A stretch of DNA of 64,000 nucleotides from Blastocystis sp. Blastoise (Eukaryota > Protista > Bigyra: Opalinata), in contig JBBPEB010000004.1 of NCBI GenBank assembly GCA_039096225.1, positions 248,001-312,000 on the forward strand, read 5' to 3'. A program made the translations under genes and the position numbers. Each line of letters starts with the position of its first letter. Position 1 is the first letter of the stretch. Of this stretch, positions 28,744 through 64,000 are shown piece by piece. Below the pieces are notes generated by a model. It searched no databases. It saw only the letters and a program-made list of their open reading frames with translations, and was not told the DNA's origin.

Positions 28744-29301
28744 TCAAATAATAATCATGAGAATTTACATTTTATTGTAGGAAAAACGAAATTATTCTTG
28801 TTTATTTTTTTTTAAATGTTTTGTTTTTGTTTTCCTAATCAATATATCAGAAGATATGCATATTTAAAGTTATAAGTGAATAGGGTATACTGTAGTTTTG
28901 TCAAAATAAGTAGTATCATTTGTTTTTAGTTATAATTATGATAAATTTAATTTTCAAAACTTTTTTTTTTCATGGTTTTCATTCAATGTATCCTTTATTA
29001 TGTTTTTATGCACATAAATAGCAACATTTTATGAGTAATGAATATTATTTAAAAATCATTTTATAATTATTGAAATGAATATATAATGTATGTTAGTATG
29101 CATAATAGCAAAATAAAACTAAATATAAAAATTGTTTTTAAAATGAATAGAATACTGAAAAAAGAAAAGATATATAAAAAAATATATACATTTTATTTAT
29201 TATTTTTTGTTTTAAAGTGAATAAATATATATGTTTATAATTTGAGGTGTAATTCGATTTGAATATAAAGAAAATATAAATTTATATTTGATTATTCATA
29301 T

Positions 29302-30649
29302 TTAATTACGAAATTCATGAGCAATTTCAGGGAAGTTTTGTTGATGTAATTCAGCACATTTCACATATTCTTGAGCATGAGGTTCAAAAGAAGTCATTTC
29401 TGATTCATGTAATTTACGTACACATTTAGCAGGTTTTCCCATCCACATCTATTTAATATATAAATAAATATAAATTTTTCTTTTATGAAAAATGTCTTTT
29501 TTATTATATATAAATATATGTATTGAAGACAAAAAATAAAATATGAATCATAAATAATGAATATATATATAAATATATGTATTGAAGACAAAAAATAAAA
29601 AATGTTTCATAAATAATGAATATATATATAAATATATGTATTGAAGGCAAAAAAAAAATTGAATCATAAATAATGAATATATATATATAAATAATTACTT
29701 CTCCAGAAGGAACAGTAGTATTAGGAGCGACAACGGATCCAGCAGCTACAATAGAATGTGTAGAAATATGGCATCCATTATTAATAACACTACCAATGCC
29801 AATTAAGCAATCATCTTCTAAGGTACAACTTTGTAATACAACATTATGACCTAATGAAGAGGATTCATAAGTATATATAATAAAGATTGTAATAAATATT
29901 ATATAATAATTATTATATAATAATTATTATATAATAATAAATAAATAAAATAATAATAATAAATAAAAAAATAATAATAAATAAAAAAAAATAATAATAA
30001 TAAATAAAAAATAATAATAAATAAAATAACAATAATAATAAACAAAAAAAAAAAGCATAATAAATAAATAATAAAATAAATAAAACTATAACAATAGATC
30101 CATACCAATAATACAATTATTACCAATGGTAACAGGACCTTGTTCTGTAGTAATAACAGATTGATCTTGAACATTAGTATTCTTTCCAATAGTAACACTA
30201 TTCTCATCACCTATAAATAATAGAATAAACCATATTATTTAATTTTTTTATATTAATAATAATAAAAATGAATAATAAAAAAATGAATAATAAAAAAAAT
30301 GAATAATAAAAAAATGAATTAAAAAACTTATAAACATTGTATATATACCACGGATAACAGATCCATACCAAACGGAAGTTCCTTCAGCAAGTTTAACGTC
30401 TCCTACAACAGCAGCACTAGGAGCAACAAAACAAGTTTTATTAAGAGAAGGACGTTTAGTTCCAATCTTCATGACAGGACGATGTCTGGAAACAGTGTCC
30501 ATAAACTTCATGTCGTTGTTAACACGCATACCACCTCTTTCTAAAGCTTGACCAGTTTCACGTAAAGCATCACCAATCTGTTTAAATAATGTAAATTAAT
30601 CAATTTCTATATAGTGTATCCTTACGAAATTAATAGACTTTCTGAACAT
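29302..30649 (-). CDS. Gamma carbonic anhydrase-family subunit of mitochondrial complex I
   Basis: IGDALRETGQALERGG...SRHR...FVAPSAAVVGDV...SVWYGSVIRGD and hexapeptide repeats; 4 introns. Confidence 0.9.
29505..29690. repeat. About 60-bp intronic tandem repeat, 3 copies
   Basis: aaatatatgtattgaagacaaaaaa...cataaataatgaatatata repeated. Confidence 0.85.
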
Positions 30650-30820
30650 TTTGGATTTTATAAAAATCTGATGAATAATCAAATAAAAATGATAAAACAA
30701 AACAAAAAAAAGAGGAAAAATGTTTTGACAGTCATCTTCTTTTCCTAATAAAAATTGCTTCTAAGTTATACATCGTCTGAATCACTTTACTTTTAATCTA
30801 AAAGAAAGAGAATTTTCTAT

Positions 30821-30834
30821 TTTCATGATTATTT
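30821..30834. promoter_or_regulatory. Candidate promoter element TTTCATGATTATTT
   Basis: About 170 bp upstream of the gamma-CA ATG. Confidence 0.45.
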
Positions 30835-31276
30835 CTACTATTTCAGTCATTTACGTAGAATTTCCATTCTAATTATTTCAGAAAATATCAGTATAGAGAT
30901 GAATTCTTTTTTATAAGATATTCCCTATTTCAATGTTTTGTTGCTTTTTAAAGATATATATTCATAAGTATTTCTTTTATTATTATTGAACAACAAAATG
31001 AATATTGTTTTAAATAAAATTAGTGTTAATTGGCTTATAAATTATTTTTATAGTAGGCATTTTAAGTTTAAAAATAGGATCATGCTAATGACTGATATGC
31101 GAAGATATCCAAGAAATCTTTATTTTATCTATTTATTTGTTTCAAAGTAATCAATAGTGTTTTTTCTTATGAAATAGTGAATTTATCATGAAAAACGCTT
31201 TTAAACAAACTATATGAATTAAATAATATTTTATTTTAACGGTAATAAAGCATAATTCATGAATGACTTCGAGAAA

Positions 31277-38691
<7,415 letters not shown>

Positions 38692-39305
38692 CGCAGATTT
38701 CCTTTAAATTTTTATTTATTTGTATTTATGAAGGAAGATCAACGTGGTTTCTATAAAAAATATATAATAATTTTTTTGGAGGGAAATATGTTTTGATTTC
38801 GAGTTCAAGTTTCTTTTTTAGTATTATTAAAAAAAAAGTTGTTTATTTTAAAGTCTATAATACAAAAATTTGTATGACTGATACATCATGTTGTGCAAAT
38901 AATTATTGTGAAAAATCCAGAAATAGGGAAATATCTATTAGTTTATGAAATAATTAGCACAAACTATTAGCTATTTTAGATGAACACTAATCGTATATCA
39001 CTAAAGCATTTATTATATATCACTAAAGCAATAATATGAAACACAAATGTCAACATAATGACGAATCAATATTCTCTATTCTTCACTATTATATGTGAAT
39101 ATTAAGGAACTATCAAATACACAAAAAAAAATACATGTCCTAGATTTATTTCATAGAATAAAATACAAAATATAAAATTCACAGTAAAAACTAAATTTAG
39201 CTTGATTCCGTTTGTATTTCCGTGAATAAATGAAAGAAACAAAGAAAAAGAAATGTTTCTTCTGTTTTTTTAATGAAATGATTATTCTTTCTATAAAAAG
39301 CCAAT

Positions 39306-39815
39306 ATGAATATTGAAGAAGTTCAAAAAACCAATATAACTAACTTAGAAAAATCCGGATGGATTATAGTATATCCTATTTACTTGTCTTCAAACATTAC
39401 CATTAAAGATGGTCGTCGTGTATCTCAAGAAGTTGGTTGTCCTAATGTTAGTATTATCGATTTAATGAAGGCATTAAAAGATTTGGGGTTTGAATTTGTT
39501 GTTCAAGTATATATATATATCTAATTATGAATTCCCAAGTGTTTTCATATATATATCTAAATCTTTTTTTTTTATTTATACAAGTATTTTTACGTCATTT
39601 CTTTTTATAAATAGCAAAAATCTCATCCTCACTTCTTTCACATTCAAGGTCGTGCTGTTCTTCGTCTATTTGATGAAAATAAACAACCTATCAACCCTGA
39701 GATTAATTCAAAGAAAGTATTATATTCTGCATTATGTAAACAAATCAAAGTAAATAGAGAAAAAGGATCTTCTGTAGCAGCCCAAGGAAAAGGAGGAAAG
39801 AAGAAGGGAAAGTAA
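39306..39815 (+). CDS. SRP19: Signal recognition particle 19 kDa protein
   Basis: WIIVYPIYLSS...DGRRVS...KSHP..QGRAVL and a basic tail GKGGKKKGK; one intron. Confidence 0.92.
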
Positions 39816-40165
39816 TAATACTAATAATATATATATATATATATATATATAGAAAAGTCAATTATGTTTATTAGTTTTAAATTGTTTTTATATAAATATT
39901 TATTTCTTTTTCAAGTATAGAATATAATTTCATATATTTATTATTTCTTTTAATATAATAATTAATCTATTGTGGGAATGCATTAATAAATCGATAATTG
40001 TTTTTATTGATTAAAAATAATCTTCTTTTGTTGATTCTTCTTTTTAAAATTATTTATTTTAATTTAAATAATAATTAAATATAAATTTTTATTTTTATAC
40101 ATGTTGAAATCATTAATTTTATACATAACGATACTATTAGAATTAATAATAATAATTGAATATGA

Positions 40166-40905
40166 TTAATCATGTCTCCATTTTTGTTCAAATCCATTTT
40201 CCATATAAGGCTCAGCAAATCCTCGAAAGAAATCACCATTTGCACTCCAACGAGCACCATATCTATATATATATATAAATAATATAATATAATAAATACT
40301 ACAAACATCTTTGCTTATAAAAATAAATCAAAAATAATAAAGAAGAATATATATATATATATGTTATCATTAATATAAGCATACCCTTTAGAATTTCTTA
40401 TTTCAAATATTTGATAACCATCTAATAGAATATAAGTATTAATCCAAATACAATGATTAAATAAAGATTGAAGAACATATTGTGACAATTCATTTTGAAT
40501 TAAATCATTCCCTTTATCTCTATTTATAAATTTATATATATATATATATTAAATATAGAGAAGAAATAGAAATAAACAAATATATATAATTTAGATTAGT
40601 TATATATTAATTCTGTTATAATAGATAGATTCTTCTAACGATACCTTGCCCAATAATTCGTTTTAGATCTTTCTGCATGCTTACAAAGAGCACGTGCTCC
40701 AATCGTTAAATATGCCTAAAAAAATAAATATATTCAATATTTATATCATATAATGTATATAATATTTATTATATATAATATTTATAATAAATATAAAAAT
40801 AATAAAAAATTAATAGTATAAAATAATAAATATAAACTTTTGGATTTCTTTGTGTATTATATGATTTAATAAGAGTTTCTCTGTGTGGTGGCAGTATATC
40901 TGTTC

Positions 40906-40999
<94 letters not shown>

Positions 41000-42081
41000 T
41001 AATAAATATAATAAATATAATAAATATAATAAATATAATAAATAATAAATATATAATAATTATAAAAGATATAATTTACATTATAGACAATTATTAAAAA
41101 ATGAAGAATACAACAAAATAAATTTAAATAAATTAAAAAAAAACACAATATATATATACGATCCAATAGTTGTTCGAATGCCTAAAAAAGAAAATAATCC
41201 ACGAATTGTTATTCTATCCAATAATAACTATATATATATATTCATTATAAATTAAATTATTTAATAAAATGCATATATATATATAAATACATAAATTGTT
41301 TTATATAGTTCATAATTTATATTTGAACTATTAGATGTATTACAGAGATTATATTTTGAATCCAATAATTCTTTAAATAGTGGAGAACATTCAGAGTATA
41401 TTGAATTTATATACTCTATAGGTGTTTGTTCTTCATAACCATCAATTGAATAAAATTGTAATATTAATTAAAGACAATTATTTATATATATATATAGTAT
41501 TATATATAATTTTCTTATAGATATGAAAAGGGAATTTTTGAGTGTTATACCATACCAATAAATTATTGGCTAAGAGAGACATATAGGATTTATTATAATA
41601 ACCATGAAAAAAAGTATTGTCTAACACTTCAGGAGTCAAGATTGTGGCGATATTTCCATCAGGAAATTTATATTTCCTCTTCTTACCATCATTAGGGTCA
41701 TAATGCTATAAAGTATAACATTATTTAAAGAATCGACTGAATAAATCTCAAATAAAAAGAAGAACAACATGAAGTCACTTTTTCTAAAGCTTACTTTTTC
41801 TTTTTTAATATGTACAGGATCACCATTTGCATCAAAAATGCTATGACTTATCAAATATAAGTCATCGGAAGTATCATCCACAACATTATTAGTAGTTAAA
41901 TCTATATAACAGTATTACTTAATGTTTGTAAAATTTGAGAGAACTAAAATATATATAAACTTTTCCAATAAACCATATCATTTTGTAATTGAGTTGAGAA
42001 TGACGAGAATTTATCATTTACTTTAATGGACTCATCAACAAACTGAACTAGCTGAGAATAGAATAAATCATAGAACTGCAT
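40166..42081 (-). CDS. Conserved protein related to the C-terminal domain of plant ASCH-domain proteins
   Basis: LTIGARALCKHAERS..YW, CIWINT, FEIRNSKGYGARWS, FRGFAEPYMENGFEQKWRH; 8 introns. Confidence 0.7.
41458..41524 (-). other. Probable degenerate AT-AC intron (67 nt, phase 1)
   Basis: 5' ATATCTAT, branch GTCTTTAAT, 3' ATTAC. No usable AG at this exon edge, read-through hits a stop, and removal gives KFPF-Q-FYSIDG. Confidence 0.68.
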
Positions 42082-42571
42082 AATAAAATGAAAATCAATG
42101 AAGAATAAAAGAAAAATCCAGTAAAATTTTTTGAATTTTTTATATTTTTTTATTTTCTTATCAATTTATTATTTTTTTTCATATTGAAAGGTTTACGGAG
42201 TAGCTTGAATACATAAAGTGGACCTGAAATAAAAATCATATTATAAATATTATAATATCTATGAGTATTACAAAACAAACGTTATTTATAGGATAGAATA
42301 GATTTGTATATAAACAAATATACTATATATACTTCTAAAAAAAAATAGAATAGTGAATATAATGGCTTGAATATAAATAACAAAAATATTTAAAAATGAA
42401 AATGAAAAAAAAAATAATTAAAAAAGAGGAGTGAATATATATATAAATATATTAAATGAATATATTTGTATATATTTAATGAAAACTAAAAAATGATAAA
42501 AAAAAATGAAAAAGAAAAACCAAGAAACAAAAAAAAATAATTATATATATATATATATTGTATTATATATA

Positions 42572-49821
<7,250 letters not shown>

Positions 49822-50874
49822 GATAAGGTATCAATGTTGGCAAACCCTATATATTTATTCTATATTGCTTGCATAAATCTAAAAAATACAAAATAGTAAG
49901 ATATCACTCTGAATAAATGCTTAAAAAGGTGTTAAAAGAAATAATAAAAAATGTTGTTTCTTTCCAAAAAAGAATCACGATTCTTAAGAGTTTTCATAGT
50001 AAAATATTGTTTTTATTCTTTATTTTATTTTATTTACGTTTTTTTAAATCTTTAACTCTTATATATTGAGCATATTTGTGTTTATAACGTGTTAAAGACG
50101 TTAAGATATCCCTGAATGACTCTTGTATGTTATTTAAATAAGAAACTATAATTTATATTGTTATGTTCTTGTCTAGATAATATCTGGTTGCTATTAATAT
50201 ATGTATTGAATGCTCAGTACATTGTCTTTTCGTTTAGAAAATGATTCCAAACAAAAGAAAATATAATTTTTTTTAAAAAGTTTAATGAGTAATGTGTTTA
50301 TAGAACATAATCACTGAAGAAAATTGAAATAATAAGTGAAAACAAAAATAATATTCAAAAGAAATCAATATATATATATATATATAAATAAAAAAAAATA
50401 AAAAATTCTTACAAGTGGCATTCAGTATATATATATCCTCATAATAATAATAAATTAGCAAAAAGAAAACGTTAAATGTTTAAATAAAAAGTAAATCGAA
50501 TAAGAAAACTATGATACTCTATTAATGTGAAAAATTCTTTTTTTTTTTACATATAATTGAATATAATATATAGATGTAGATGAATGCAATTTGGAATTGA
50601 TTAAATGTTGTATAACAAAAATAAATAATTATGACAATGCAGTGTTCTATTTTTCATAGCAAATATTAAAGAAATATATATATATATATAATAAATAATA
50701 GAAATATATTTATTATAAAAAGATTAAGAGTAATGTATATAGAAAAATAAAAATATATTTATACATGTATGTGAAATTGAATGAACAGCACAATATATAT
50801 ATAAAGAAAATAATAAAATAAATACATAACATTGTTTACATTATTTAAAATAATAATCATACTAATACATATAC

Positions 50875-50919
<45 letters not shown>

Positions 50920-52162
50920 TATTTTAAATACGTTTAATGAAATTAAATATAAAAAAAAAAAGAAAGTCAATAGAAATAATTAATGAAAAATTTAAAAGAT
51001 AAAATTTATAAAAAAAAATGTGATTATCAGGATTTAAAGAAACATAGGATTATTAGTAGAAAAAGAAAGATAAAGATACAGATAAAGAATATAGAGTAGA
51101 TTTATGGTTAAAAAAAAGAGAATTTTCATTTGAAAATATAACAATTAAAAAAAATAATGTATACATAAAACACTGAAAAAGGGTAAAAAAGAGTAAAAAG
51201 TGAAATATTAAAAAAGTTGAAAATGAAAAAGATTTTTGAATATATAAATAAATAAAAATAAAATATAAAAAATATATACATTTAACATATATATATATAA
51301 ATAATATATATATATAGGTTAAAAAATAAATAATAAATATAGATTTAAAAAGACTGGAAAAGAAAATAGAAATTCTATATATCTAGCTATAAGAGTAGTA
51401 ATTTAATTTAAAATAGACAAAGACTTTATGAATATAAATATATTATATGTAAAATAAAATTATTTAAGGCAATATTTAATAGTTTTAACAAATATTTAAA
51501 AAAAATAGAAAACAAAAAAAAAATAGAAAATAATAATATTCATATTCATGAATATAAGAATTCTGTTTTAGGAAGAGCATAAGAAACGTATGAAAATTAA
51601 TTAAAAAACATATGTTTATGCTAAAAAAGTATACTAAAAAAGAAATCTTGATATATATATTTATTATTATTAATATATATATATATATGTATATATAGTA
51701 AAGAATAAAATAAAATTAAAAAAAAAATAGTATATAAATATTAAAAATAGTATTCAAATATAGATAAGGTTAAAGAGAGAGAGTATAAAAAAAAATGCAT
51801 TCTAAATAATGAGAAAAATAAGTTAAATGACATTTACCTAAAAATAAATTTTAAAGAAATAGACAAATACTATGAAAACGATGGATATATATATAATAAA
51901 TATTTTGGGGAATATAAATAAAGTAAGTGAAAAATATAGATATATAAATAAATCATATAAAAAATATAAAGTATTGAAAAAAATGTAGAATAAAAAAAAA
52001 TGAAATAGATGATGAATAATTATAATTCATCAGAAATAGAATAGTAGAATATATAAAATATCTTTGTATAGAATACTAAATCTACATATAGTAACATTAT
52101 TATTATGAGTTTGTATAATGATTATTATCTGTATATATGATGATGATTATAATTATTTTGAT

Positions 52163-58195
<6,033 letters not shown>

Positions 58196-59450
58196 TTGTT
58201 TAGAAACCCAAAATCAATTTGGAAAACTTTCTAAAATAATTACTCGAATATTTAGTCTATAAAGTAGTTATGTCACCGATTTTTTTAAATTTGAATTCTT
58301 CTTCGATGCTCTTTCAATTTCAGGAATTTCCCTGTTTTTCCAGTGGACTGAAAAACCACAAAACCGTGGTTTATAATGTATTTTGACTGTATATTTGATG
58401 AAATACAATAAAACACCAACGACGAAACACAAAAATGACGGAGCATGGTTTTATTATTTCTTTTTTCTACTAAAGAAGTTTACATAAAATTGTATTCGTT
58501 ATACTAAGAGATGACTAGAATAAAACTAAAGACATACAAAATAAATTTTGTTAAAAACTTTGTGATTTTTATGCAATTTTATAAACAAAATAGTTTTTTT
58601 TATGATGTTTTCTTAATCATTCTTGTATATTAGAATGATATAAATAAAAAATCGCGTATATTGAGAAACGTTGTAATTACTCATTTTTCTAAATTCTTAG
58701 AAAAAATAATGAATTCATACTTATATGCATCATAGTTTTTTATATAGACTCTGAATGAATATAACTAGATTTTTTTTACTATTTTTCAAGTTAAATTTTC
58801 TTTGGAAAACTGAACAAAGAACTTTTATCTCAGTTTTTTTTTGAATAAAAGTCTTTTTACTTGAATCATTTTGATTAATTTATATATGAGTTATTTGATT
58901 TTAATGGCTTTTTCGTGTTGCTCATATATGGTTTCTCTGTTAAATACGTTCTATACACTAAGTTATAATCCATTAGTCATCACGCCAATTCTTCTATAAT
59001 TCTTCTTATAATTATAGAAGAAATGATCTTGAACATATAAAGAAATGAGCTAGATTAAAAAACGATCAAGATGATCAATCAAAAATGTATCCTATTTATT
59101 TGAATCGTTTCAAGAATATCTTGTAAACATACAAAGTTATCTCTTATATGTGATTGTGTATACAGCTGTCTGTGAAGCATTCTAGATATACTTGAAATGT
59201 CTTCTTTCAATACTGAATAGATTCCTACGGGAAATTGAAGATAATAGGGGAAAAATTAATTCTTTTTATTTTTCAAGGGAATACCGAACTATAGACGGAT
59301 GCTTGTTATTATTCAGAATAAATTCAAAGTAGAAAAGAAGAGGTTTATTAATATCTGTGAATTCAAGATAATCCTTTATCGATTGTAATTTATTCATAGA
59401 ATTTCTCTTATATTTTTTTATAGAGAGTATTATTCGAAAACAGACAAATA

Positions 59451-64000
<4,550 letters not shown>

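Noticed and set aside
23780-29690. Tandem repeats resembling CRISPR arrays
   Set aside because: No unique spacers, intronic location, eukaryotic context and no cas genes.
41902-41918. Apparent 17-nt GT-AG micro-intron paired with a 30-nt intron
   Set aside because: A single intron of about 59 nt (donor near 41960) gives the same frame more simply.
49822-52162. 2.3-kb gene-free stretch as a possible mobile element or RNA gene
   Set aside because: A-rich low-complexity DNA with no terminal repeats, ORF or structured GC segment; probably the CDK8 3' UTR plus a promoter.

Overview
Very AT-rich (roughly 80% A+T by eye), intron-dense eukaryotic nuclear DNA using the standard genetic code. I assembled 16 protein-coding genes by hand: GT2-like glycosyltransferase, ArsB-family transporter, GBF1-type Sec7 GEF, a hypothetical protein, SAAL1-like, Zim17/DNLZ, Ubl-like+MORN protein, C1orf109-like, RADX-like, complex I gamma-carbonic anhydrase, a helicase-less family A polymerase, SRP19, an ASCH-associated protein, a 6-7x bromodomain protein, CDK8 with a huge Asn-rich tail, and MCM2 (runs off the end). 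Together they contain about 130 introns. The gene set plus minor introns suggests a protist such as a low-GC Blastocystis/Opalinata-type stramenopile; this is inference. The main signals are: (1) four short AT-AC (U12-type) introns, about 3% of introns; (2) major introns whose two ends are (TA)n tracts, including one that is purely G(TA)27G; (3) a GC-rich palindrome, TTCCCGCGGGAA, recurring inside coding exons through rare synonymous codons, mostly in replication/repair genes; (4) a full-length RADX homologue with inverted telomeric repeats upstream; (5) an identical 14-mer upstream of three genes. Family assignments rest on remembered motifs, not database searches, and counts are by eye.
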